A stretch of DNA of 64,000 nt, taken from NCBI GenBank assembly GCA_042572045.1, contig JBHPFI010000002.1:92245-156244 (forward strand). The letters are read 5' to 3'. Every line of letters starts with the position of its first letter. Positions within the stretch are counted from its first letter, which is position 1. Position numbers and translations under genes: made by a program. Shown here piece by piece: positions 55,362 to 64,000 of this stretch. A model generated the notes under the pieces. It ran no database searches, was not told where the DNA came from, and worked only from the letters and a program-made list of their open reading frames with translations. The DNA is from Candidatus Omnitrophota bacterium. Its GTDB lineage: Bacteria > Omnitrophota > Gorgyraeia > Gorgyraeales > Gorgyraeaceae.

Positions 55362-56108
55362 CTAACATAATACTTTACCGGATTGACGATTTATTTTATA
55401 TTGTAAATACAGAAAACGGAAAAAAAATGTTAAAAAAATCGAAATGTCAGCTGAAATCGTAACCCTTGATTTCAAATGATTCCCAAGCATCTTCTTTACC
55501 CTAAATGCTATTATTATGCTAAAACACCAAGGGAGAATCCAGAATAATTTTGCCCCGAGATTAAAATTAACAACGCAATAAAGATTCTGAACCAATATAA
55601 GAACTAACAATAATACCGGAAACAATACGTTCAATTTTACTTTAGTATTCAATGAATTTATCGAGTTCCTGCGACGTAAATACCAAATAGGCTCATAGAG
55701 CGTAAATGTTACGGCATAAAGGAACAATACCAGAAAAATGTTCATTTTCGGAATAGAGACAAACAGGTTATCTGAAGCGGAGGGCAATTCTTCGGTCAGA
55801 CGCGAGATAATCCTTTTGCCCTTTTCAGCAAGTCCCTTGAATATCCTGTCCATCTTTATAGGCTCCACAAGAAGCACTCCTAACTTATCCTCGCCATTCT
55901 TGAAATCAATAGCGATGCTTAGTTGCTTCTCTTTCCTCCAGTATTTTAAAATCAAGGGGGCTGATCTTATACCGCTGTCTTGTATAAGTTTTACAGCGTG
56001 ATCTGCGCTATCAGGTACAATGCCGTTGATGCTTTTTATTCTATCGCCTACTTTTAAACCAGCCTTTTCTGCCAAACTAGCTTCTATAACTTCAATGACA
56101 ATTACCAT
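55362..56108 (-). CDS. PDZ-domain membrane protein
   Basis: 248 aa. N-terminal PDZ (AEKAGLKVGDRIKSING) and 4 C-terminal TM. Confidence 0.55.
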   Translation of the reverse strand: MVIVIEVIEASLAEKAGLKVGDRIKSINGIVPDSADHAVKLIQDSGIRSAPLILKYWRKEKQLSIAIDFKNGEDKLGVLLVEPIKMDRIFKGLAEKGKRIISRLTEELPSASDNLFVSIPKMNIFLVLFLYAVTFTLYEPIWYLRRRNSINSLNTKVKLNVLFPVLLLVLILVQNLYCVVNFNLGAKLFWILPWCFSIIIAFRVKKMLGNHLKSRVTISADISIFLTFFFRFLYLQYKINRQSGKVLC

Positions 56109-56133
56109 AGTATTTCAAAGCGCTCCCCTTATA

Positions 56134-56958
56134 CTAAAACCATTGCCTTATTAACGCCACGGCCTTACCTATTATCATAGTAACCGGCAAGACTATGAGT
56201 ATGCCCACTATTTTAACCTTACGATATCTAGACCTTTCATCCTTGATAGCCTTTAACGCCACATAAAAAGCGTAGATGGCTAACGCCCAAAACATACAGA
56301 CCATTAAAGGAAGTGTCAATATTCTAAAGAGGCCTCCGCTATATTGTATATTAAAGATATTCGCCAACGAGTCAACCAAATCCTTTCCCTTTGTAGTTTC
56401 ATATATAGAAATAATTGAATACCTGCATAAAAAAACCAAAATAGGGTTAAATGCTATTATAATTAGACACCAAAACCTTTTCGAAAATCCCCAAAAGGTA
56501 AAATCTGTCTTATCTCTCTTGTCAAGGTAACTTATCCTTCTCGCATATCTATATCCGAGATACGACCCCAAAAATGTCACACTAAGATCCACTAAAAGCG
56601 TTACTATGTTTTCTGGTTCGGAAAGAAGGCCTAAAAAACTTGTTTCTCTTTTCATAAGCAACGGTGAAAGAATGAATAGTTCTCTGGCATATCGCATTAA
56701 AAAACCAAGCAATAAATAGACCCCTAGTTTAAAATGCCTAAACCAATATACAAACAAAGCGACCATCACTGCTATAGAAAAAAAATAACAAATAATCGCT
56801 ATAGCAGAAAATATAGAGGTCTGGAGCTGCGATATCATTATATCGTTTTTCGTACAGACATTATAAAAATTATCTATCACTGAGCCGGCTATATTAAAAT
56901 AAAAAATCTTCAAATATATACAAAATAAAATCGTAAAGATTAATTGTTTTCTATGCAT
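56134..56958 (-). CDS. polytopic membrane protein, unknown function
   Basis: 274 aa, about 7 TM. Confidence 0.5.
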   Translation of the reverse strand: MHRKQLIFTILFCIYLKIFYFNIAGSVIDNFYNVCTKNDIMISQLQTSIFSAIAIICYFFSIAVMVALFVYWFRHFKLGVYLLLGFLMRYARELFILSPLLMKRETSFLGLLSEPENIVTLLVDLSVTFLGSYLGYRYARRISYLDKRDKTDFTFWGFSKRFWCLIIIAFNPILVFLCRYSIISIYETTKGKDLVDSLANIFNIQYSGGLFRILTLPLMVCMFWALAIYAFYVALKAIKDERSRYRKVKIVGILIVLPVTMIIGKAVALIRQWF

Positions 56959-56993
56959 TTAAATCTTTCTTCATAATGACAATAAGATATTTT

Positions 56994-57503
56994 TCACTTT
57001 TGTTTATCTGGCACAAGCTTTATACTTAATGCGTAAACCTTTACGGCAACCGCCTTCAAAACCTCAAAGCTGCCCTTAAATTCATAGCTCTCGCCAGGCT
57101 CCATAACCTTTGCCTTAAATGGATTTGAATCTAAAAATAAACCGTGAGGCGCGTTGAGTTCAAAACCGTTTCTGTCATATAAAAAAGGCGCTGGGCAAAC
57201 GCTGTAAGTCTTATTTGAATTGTTAATAATAGTAAACTTGCAGATATAACCATATTCATTTCCCTTCTTATACGAAAATCTCCAAGCGCCGCCTCTTATC
57301 TCTATCTCGCCCCCTTCAACAAGAAAAGAAGCGTCCTTCATCTTTTTCGCAGAAGAAAAATCATGCGCACCAGCAGATCCGGATTTTGTCTCAGCTAGAC
57401 CATTGCCCTGTAATAGTAAAATATTCGCGTATATCAATAAACAGAGTATTTCTTTCATGCTTGATCTCTTGCTATTAGTAATCCTGGACGACCTTCTTTT
57501 CAT
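56994..57503 (-). CDS. secreted protein, unknown function
   Basis: 169 aa with a signal peptide. Confidence 0.5.
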   Translation of the reverse strand: MKRRSSRITNSKRSSMKEILCLLIYANILLLQGNGLAETKSGSAGAHDFSSAKKMKDASFLVEGGEIEIRGGAWRFSYKKGNEYGYICKFTIINNSNKTYSVCPAPFLYDRNGFELNAPHGLFLDSNPFKAKVMEPGESYEFKGSFEVLKAVAVKVYALSIKLVPDKQK

Positions 57504-57567
57504 TTAGATTTTAAAATCCTTGGAGCGGGTATTGGAGCATAAAATTAGGGGGCTGTAGACCTGCCGC

Positions 57568-59649
57568 TTATCGTGTATTCTTTGAATGATTTCTTTCAGC
57601 GCGCTCTTCAAATCTTCTTGCCTTATCTTCATTCCCAACCGTTCTATATAATTCTGCCATATTCCGTAACACATTTACAACATCAGGATGGTCCGGGCCA
57701 AGTGCTTTTTCGCTTATTTCCAAGGAGCGCTTGTAAAGGGTTTCGGCATCAGCATATTTCTCTTGAGCTCTATAAAGCGCCGCCAGGTTATTCAAGGATA
57801 TCGCTACCTCAGGATGATATTCACCAAGTGCCTTTTTATCTATTTCTAAGGCGCGTTTATAGAGGGGCTCGGCGTCAGCGTACCTGGCCTGGTCATGATA
57901 AACTGCTGCCAGATTATTCAAGGACGTAGCTACATCAGGGTGGCTTTTACCAAGAATGCTTTCGTCTATTTCTAATGCCCATTTGTAAAGGGTTTCGGCA
58001 TCAGCATATCTAGACTGAATCCTATAAATTGCTGCCAGATTATTTAATGACGTAGCTACATTCAGGTGGTTTCTGCCAAAAACCTTCTCATCTATCTCCA
58101 GGGCCCGTTTGTAGAGAGGTTCGGCATCGCTATATCTAGACTGATCGCGATAAAGCGTCGCCAGATTCTTTAGAAAAGTTGCCACATATGGATGGTATGG
58201 CCCAAGCGTCTTTTCGTTTATCTCTAAGGCGCGCTTGTATAACTTCTCAGACTCAGCAAACTTTCCTTGAGCTTTATAAAGCGCGGCAAGGTTATTCATG
58301 TCACTTGCCAGATCTGGGTGATTTTTACCAAGTGCCTTTTCATCTATCGCCAGGGCGCGCTTGTAGAGAGGTTCGGCTTTGTTAAACTTGCCTTGGTTAT
58401 GATAAAGTGCTGCTAGATTGTTCAAGTCACTAGCCAGATTGGGATGATCTTTGCCAAGGACCTTTTCATCTATCGCCAGGGCCTGCTTGTAGAGAGGCTC
58501 GGCGTCGCTATATTTATTCTGGTCGTGATAAAGCGCTGCCAAATTATTCAAGGCCGTAGCCACATCTGGATGCTCACTGCCAAGAGTTTTTACCTTTATT
58601 TCCCATGCGCGCTTGTAGAGAGGCTCGGCTTTATTGTATTTACCGTGATCGTGATAGAATGCCGCAAGATTATTCAGGTCGCTTGCTAAACCTGGATGGT
58701 TTTTACCAAGAATCTTTTCATCTATTTCCAAGGCACGCTTGTAAAGGGGCTCAGCTTCAGCGTACCAGTCTTGGACATGATAAAGTGCTGCTAGATTATT
58801 CAGGTCGCTTGCAACGTCTGGATGAGATGCCCCAAGCGCCTTCTCGTCTATTTCCAGGGCACGTTTATAGAGAGGCTCGGCTTCAGCGTATTTACCCTGA
58901 TCTTTATAGAGAGCTGCCAGATTATTCAGCTCGCTTGCTACGCTCGGGTGCTCTTTGCCAAGGGCCTTCTCATCTATTGCCAGGGCCTGTTTGTAAAGGG
59001 GCTCGGCGTCGGCATATCTACCTTGATCATGATAGAGTAAGGCTAAATTACTTAGATCGCTTGTCACATCTGGATGATCTTTGCCAAAGGCCTTTATCTT
59101 TATTTTTTGCGCCTCTTTGTAAAGGGATTCGGCATCGTCATACCTGCCCTGTTCATGATAAAGCAATGCCAGATTATTCAACGATATAGACACGTCCGGA
59201 TGATCTTTACCAAGGGTTTTCTTGTCTATCTCCAGCACGCGTTTGTAGAGAGGTTCGGCGTCTTTGTATCTGGACTGGGCATGGTAAAGCGCTGCTAGAT
59301 TATTGAAGTCGTTTGCCAGGTCTGGATGATTCTTGCCAAGCGACTTCATTTTTATTGTCAATGCGCGGCTGTAGAGGGGTTCGGCGTCTTTGTATCTGGT
59401 CTGGGCATGGTAAAGCAATGCCAGATGGCTCAAGGAGGTAGCAACAGCAAGATGGTCTGTTCCAAATTGTTTCTCTGCTGTCTTTAGAGCATCTTCCGCC
59501 AACTTTATCGCCTCAGAATATTTACCTTGCTCATAAAGCTTTGCAACCTTTTTAAGCAATGCCTCTTGTGAAGGCTCTTCGGCGCGAAGACAAGCATTAA
59601 ATAATATGACTAACGTAATCACTAACCCAATTTTTATCAATGTCTTCAT
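57568..59649 (-). CDS. secreted tetratricopeptide-repeat protein (about 15 tandem 42-aa units)
   Basis: 693 aa. The unit [41 protein letters not shown] repeats with 126-nt periodicity. Confidence 0.85.
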   Translation of the reverse strand: [693 protein letters not shown]

Positions 59650-59703
59650 GCTATTAAGTCTATTGGTCTTACATAAATTCGGAATAATGCCGCCCTTCTA
59701 AAC

Positions 59704-61722
59704 CTATATCTTCCCAATATTATATAAGTCCTCTGTTGCCTCTACTACAAGAGGGTCAAAATAAATACCCTTATATCTTCTAATCTCCTCCATGGCCTTT
59801 TCCCTGCTTAATGCCGGACTAAAAGGCCTTTCCGACAACATAGCGTCAAAGGCATCTACCACCCTTATTATTCGAGAAAACAAATGTATGTCTTCTTCCT
59901 TCTGACCATCAGGATAACCTGAGCCGTCATAATTCTCATGATGATGCAGTATGCCTGAGCAGATATCCTCGCCAAGCCATTCCTGAAAAGGGCCTATAAT
60001 CTTTATCCCATTTATAGGGTGCTCCTTTATCTTTGCCCACTCTTTTTTATCTAAAGGTCCTGGCTTGAGAAGAATAGAATCAGGGATGCTTATCTTGCCT
60101 ACATCGTGTAGCTGAGCGGCTAAGTTGAGTTCGGACAAACCATTGGAAAAAATACGTAAATCTCTCTCTAATTTGTCACCTACAAGAGCGCTGTAACGAG
60201 CCACCCTGTCAGTATGGCCGCGCGTATAGCGGTCTTTAGCCTCTATAGCGCTGATTAATATATTTTGAGAGGCCACTATAAGATGGACCTTTTCTTCCTT
60301 GAGCATAAAGCTATAAATAGCCCTGGCGATATGGTTAGACAACGAGAAGAATATTTCTAAATCTTCATCAGTAATTATCTCGCTAGCGTTTAGCTTCTGG
60401 CCTATATTTATTACGGCCAGGACCTCTCCCTCGCAAACACTGGGCACGCTTATCTCTGCGCCCAGCTTTCTCATCTCCCTGATCACATTAATAAGTGGCT
60501 CTTTTTGATCAAAGGGAATCTCTTTAGATGCAAGCTGATATTCGATTTTACTGCGGACCAAAGGCCTTCTTCTTTTGCATAGCTCCCTCACCAAAGCATT
60601 ATCTCTGCTCAAGGCTATACCCGAAACGATTTTCTTTCTTTTTTTGCTACGCGTAAGGCTTTTCTCAAGGACAAACCTTTTTTTCGGAATATTCCAGATA
60701 AATATCCCTACGTAGTCCAGCCTGACCAAGCTGGTTAGATCACGCGTTATATAGATAAGAAGCTCTTTTATATTACGGACCACGGAAATCCTCTGTGCCT
60801 CTTTTCTGAGAAGAGGGCGATAAGCAAATTTTCTAGAAAGCTCGTTTTCTTCTATATGTCTTACAAAGTTTATAAACCAGAATAAACCCAGGCTAGCCAG
60901 AAAAGAGACAGAAACAGGAAATATTATCCAGTTTTCACCCAAGAGGCTGGATAAATAAGGGCCGATCCAAAAAGTTCCTGTGTAGACAAGTCCCATAGAA
61001 ACCATAAACCCTAAGGTTATCAAAGATAACCGTTTTATTATAATCTCAAGGTCTAACAGTCTATAGCGGTTAATATTGTAAGTGGTAGATACAATGAAAA
61101 ATATCACCGGTATAAGCCCAAACGGGTACATCTCTACGCCATAACTAGGGAGATAATCTACTGTACCCAAGTAAGCAATTGGGAAGGTTATCAAAAAATA
61201 CTTGATTCTCTTTTTATTAAAAGGGGACTCTGTTTCCTTATATCTCTTGTATAGCTCTATTAAAGTCAAACTAACTGGAATTATCCATAAGCAAAGGAAG
61301 ATGTTATGCATAGTAAAATTTACCTGAGGATAGTATCCCCAGAAAAATTTTCTAGCGCCTGTAAAAAAATGATCGCTTCTCACTATAAAAAGCAGGGAAA
61401 CAACAGAAAAAATATAGAATAAACGAACCAGTTTCTTTCTTTTTAGATTCAAAAACGAAATTATAAAGTGATAGGTGGCAGGGGGTATAAAAACCACACC
61501 GCAGTAAGCGAATTTTGACCAGGGTATGACGAAAGAAATATCAGTAATATGAGAAACTATAAGGTATGCGAAATCCCTTAAGGAAAGGGATAATGCCAGT
61601 ATAAAAAAACTTCTGTTAATCTTCGATTTTTTATTCTTCAGTAAGGCGAATAAGCCTACAGAAAAGGCAAGAACAAAGACGACCAAGCGAGGTATCGAAT
61701 AAATATTTAGTTCTACACCCAT
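59704..61722 (-). CDS. membrane-bound HD-GYP c-di-GMP phosphodiesterase-type protein (multi-TM + GAF-like + HD-GYP)
   Basis: 672 aa. HDVGK and HHENYDGSGYP motifs. Confidence 0.8.
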   Translation of the reverse strand: MGVELNIYSIPRLVVFVLAFSVGLFALLKNKKSKINRSFFILALSLSLRDFAYLIVSHITDISFVIPWSKFAYCGVVFIPPATYHFIISFLNLKRKKLVRLFYIFSVVSLLFIVRSDHFFTGARKFFWGYYPQVNFTMHNIFLCLWIIPVSLTLIELYKRYKETESPFNKKRIKYFLITFPIAYLGTVDYLPSYGVEMYPFGLIPVIFFIVSTTYNINRYRLLDLEIIIKRLSLITLGFMVSMGLVYTGTFWIGPYLSSLLGENWIIFPVSVSFLASLGLFWFINFVRHIEENELSRKFAYRPLLRKEAQRISVVRNIKELLIYITRDLTSLVRLDYVGIFIWNIPKKRFVLEKSLTRSKKRKKIVSGIALSRDNALVRELCKRRRPLVRSKIEYQLASKEIPFDQKEPLINVIREMRKLGAEISVPSVCEGEVLAVINIGQKLNASEIITDEDLEIFFSLSNHIARAIYSFMLKEEKVHLIVASQNILISAIEAKDRYTRGHTDRVARYSALVGDKLERDLRIFSNGLSELNLAAQLHDVGKISIPDSILLKPGPLDKKEWAKIKEHPINGIKIIGPFQEWLGEDICSGILHHHENYDGSGYPDGQKEEDIHLFSRIIRVVDAFDAMLSERPFSPALSREKAMEEIRRYKGIYFDPLVVEATEDLYNIGKI

Positions 61723-61741
61723 AATGTAAGATTATACTCCT

Positions 61742-61778
61742 AGCTTGACACTTTTGTCATTGACTGATTTAGTCCTTA
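61742..61778 (-). repeat. 37-bp nested TTGACA palindrome element, copy 5 (one arm degenerate)
   Basis: AgCTTGACACTTTTGTCATTGACTGATTTaGTCcttag. The PilZ stop codon (61769-61771) lies inside it. It is 20 nt upstream of the HD-GYP start, and ATGACA-N18-TATAAT can be read from its centre. Confidence 0.75.
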
Positions 61779-62143
61779 GATAATTCTCTAAGTTTCTCTG
61801 TCAGCTTGCGGCAATAAAATTTCAAAAATCTGGTCTCGTCTGTTTTAGGTATATCAATTAACTTTAGGCCATTGACATATTTCTTTTTCTTGAGAGCTAC
61901 GTTTTTAATCTCTGAAGACCACGCTACCTTACCAATAAGAGACGCAGTACTCTCTTCGTCTCCTAAATTCACTTCCAGCTGCACATAGACCCCTAACCTT
62001 AATAATTCATCCGACTCAAAACATATGCCTTCTGCAGAAATATTTCGCGTGCTGCCTACTGAGCAAAACTCTTTAGGGTCCATAACCCTATACTTGGCTT
62101 GCACTCTTAATTCAAACCTTGGATACCTTCTTCTCTCAATCAT
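61769..62143 (-). CDS. PilZ-domain protein
   Basis: 124 aa. RRYPRF and N.S..G motifs. Confidence 0.8.
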   Translation of the reverse strand: MIERRRYPRFELRVQAKYRVMDPKEFCSVGSTRNISAEGICFESDELLRLGVYVQLEVNLGDEESTASLIGKVAWSSEIKNVALKKKKYVNGLKLIDIPKTDETRFLKFYCRKLTEKLRELSKD

Positions 62144-62392
62144 ATCCCTTCTCCTTCTTTTATCTCTACTATTTAAATCAGTTTTTGACTCGAAGCGTAT
62201 CTATATTTTTCCGTTTTCTTTTTATTCCAAACCATCTTCTGATTCGTGTCTGTATTTTAAATCTTCTTCTGCATAACTTACTGTTTATCAGCTTCATGTG
62301 TCCCTAAAACAAAAAAACAACCCTACTCTTCTTACAGAAAGATTGCTTTTTCAATTAGAAATATATTAACTCTCTATACAACATCTACTGTT

Positions 62393-63220
62393 TCAATCTT
62401 GCATCAAGTCAGATTTTGTAAATAAAGTAACCCACTCTTTAGTATCAAAAACAATCTCTGAAATAGAGGAACAGTGATATTTTGAGAATATATTCCTGGA
62501 AAATTCTTCAAGTGAAGATACGTTGGTTTTTTTAAGCTTCGCATTGTCAAACCACAAATAATGGCTGTCCTTCTCAAAGACACAAATGGCATGACTAGTT
62601 ATAAATCTCCCTGCTAATACTCTAATGTTACCCATGGCCAATACTTTGGGTTTATAGCCCAATACACGCAGTATAGACGCGTTTAAAAAGGCAAGATCTT
62701 CGCAATCTCCATATTTTCTTTCAATGGTCTCTTTTGGCAGGGCCCAGATATCGCCAAATTTATCCTTTTTGTACTTTACATTTTCCCGTAACCATTGCGC
62801 GTAATCCTCAAGGGACTTGATATTATTGGCCTTTAACATATTCAAGGCTATCATATCTATTTCAACGGGCCTACTGACCAAGGCGGCGCCGCTTCTATAT
62901 GTCTGTTTTCTAATAATAAAATTTCCTACGTTGAAATTTGGCTTTTCTTTGCTGACCAAGGCATGGTTAGCTTGGTATGTCTTTTTGTTAATAAAAGCAT
63001 TGTTCGAAAGCCTCCTACCTTCTTTGCTTACTAACGCGCCTTTACTTTTGTATATTTCTGATGCCAATAAAGGGGTATGATTAAACGCGAAAAGGAATAG
63101 GATAATCGAATAAAGCAGTGCCCTCAAGACGATCGCCTTTTTTAGCGCATCTTCACTCTTCGCTCTTTTACTCGGTTCTCTTATTAACATTTTGTTCTTT
63201 ACCTTACTTAAGTCATTCAT
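62393..63220 (-). CDS. transglutaminase-like cysteine protease-fold protein
   Basis: 275 aa with a TM anchor. GDCEDLAF...HAICVF...D catalytic pattern. There are three Y..x.ALVS[KR] repeats in the linker. Confidence 0.65.
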   Translation of the reverse strand: MNDLSKVKNKMLIREPSKRAKSEDALKKAIVLRALLYSIILFLFAFNHTPLLASEIYKSKGALVSKEGRRLSNNAFINKKTYQANHALVSKEKPNFNVGNFIIRKQTYRSGAALVSRPVEIDMIALNMLKANNIKSLEDYAQWLRENVKYKKDKFGDIWALPKETIERKYGDCEDLAFLNASILRVLGYKPKVLAMGNIRVLAGRFITSHAICVFEKDSHYLWFDNAKLKKTNVSSLEEFSRNIFSKYHCSSISEIVFDTKEWVTLFTKSDLMQD

Positions 63221-63250
63221 TATATTTTGTATAAATGCGACTGCAAATAA

Positions 63251-64000
63251 TTAATTGTCGCCAAAATGACGAATAACGCCCGTAGAACGCGAGACCACAA
63301 TATCCGCCTTGCGCACTTCTTCTTGTTCGGAGCTGCGGTAATCCAAATCTATTAATTCTAAAAATTCCGCAGTATAGTTATTCAAAATACCTAGATGTTC
63401 AATTATCTTGCCTTCACTGCTTAGCTGCAAGATAACCTTTTTGCCTAAATAATTTTCTATTAGAGGCTCGAAAGATGCATTTAACGCAGAAAACGCCTCT
63501 TTCTTCATTTGAGAAACATACTTATCCTGGCTGGATAAAACCTTGCCCATGCCCGTGGCCTGCTTCGCCTTCCCTATAAATAAATTCACTATTTCTATAA
63601 CTGTGTCTCTTACTGTGGCAAATAGATTTCTTATCCTCCTTTTCGTTCTCCTGAAAACTTTCTGATAATAGGCGCTGTTTAAAAAACGAGCGCGCATTTC
63701 TTTTTTCTTATCATCCAAGTCGTCGAGAAAACGCACAATACACTGAATATTAGCATATTCGTTTTTATAAAAAATAAAGCTGGTCTCAATATGTCCATCA
63801 TTTTTATCTAAATAAGGCTCTTTGTATTTGAGTTCGAGTCCTGTTGCTTCAAGCCGTAAGACACCCCAGATAGTCTTGCCATCTTTCAGCTCAAGGTTTA
63901 CCAAATCTCCGGCAAAATCCAAAAGACACCTATCCCGCACTCTACCTTTTATGAAGACGCCCACCACAGCCGACAAAGCAATAAAGATTATTGTTATAGC
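63251..64000 (-). CDS. hypothetical protein (N-terminus runs off the window)
   Basis: The frame stays open to base 64000, reading AITIIFIALSAVVGVF, a likely N-terminal TM. No family recognised. Confidence 0.5.
   Translation of the reverse strand, partial: AITIIFIALSAVVGVFIKGRVRDRCLLDFAGDLVNLELKDGKTIWGVLRLEATGLELKYKEPYLDKNDGHIETSFIFYKNEYANIQCIVRFLDDLDDKKKEMRARFLNSAYYQKVFRRTKRRIRNLFATVRDTVIEIVNLFIGKAKQATGMGKVLSSQDKYVSQMKKEAFSALNASFEPLIENYLGKKVILQLSSEGKIIEHLGILNNYTAEFLELIDLDYRSSEQEEVRKADIVVSRSTGVIRHFGDN

Noticed and set aside
57573-59298. Several 70-190-aa plus-strand ORFs antisense to the TPR gene.
   Set aside because: They are artefacts of the 126-nt tandem periodicity. The same stop-free antisense frame is repeated, they have no RBS, and their composition mirrors the TPR repeats.

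Overview
This is a 64-kb, AT-rich bacterial window with almost every gene on the minus strand. All calls rest on reading the sequence and the ORF track by eye, with no searches or folding programs. The gene content points to a strictly anaerobic diderm: rubrerythrin, flavodiiron protein, rubredoxin, Hcp, pyruvate:ferredoxin oxidoreductase, NAD-linked formate dehydrogenase and a TonB-dependent receptor. Core blocks are an Rrf2-headed O2/NO-stress operon (1-6.5 kb), acr3, an FDH/Mo-cofactor cluster (10.6-17.5 kb), typA, porGDAB, recR-dnaX, tadA, a pabB-pabC fusion, cell-wall genes, rlmB and an HD-GYP/PilZ pair. There are four tRNA genes: Asn-GUU, Ser-GCU, Ser-CGA and Arg-ACG. The main result is an ~18-kb island (20.9-39.1 kb) abutting tRNA-Asn. 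It consists of about 10 tandem cassettes with no integrase. Each cassette is bounded by a copy of the last 6-12 nt of the tRNA, and most boundaries also carry a terminator-like hairpin on one side of that copy. In 7 of 10 boundaries there is also a conserved 75-105-nt arm that looks like the decayed C-terminus of a protein gene reading through the att core. Two single-gene insertions with 19-20-bp tRNA-end direct repeats sit at the two tRNA-Ser genes. No recombinase or transposase is visible in any frame of the window. Other unexplained structure includes a 37-bp nested TTGACA palindrome present 5 times just upstream of unrelated operons, and a recurring hairpin/promoter module. There are also paired 20-bp perfect palindromes in front of two DUF134 regulators, a 92-bp perfect repeat shared by two zinc-ribbon paralogues, GC-rich micro-patches, and several Cys-rich or basic ORFs under 60 aa that are missing from the ORF track.
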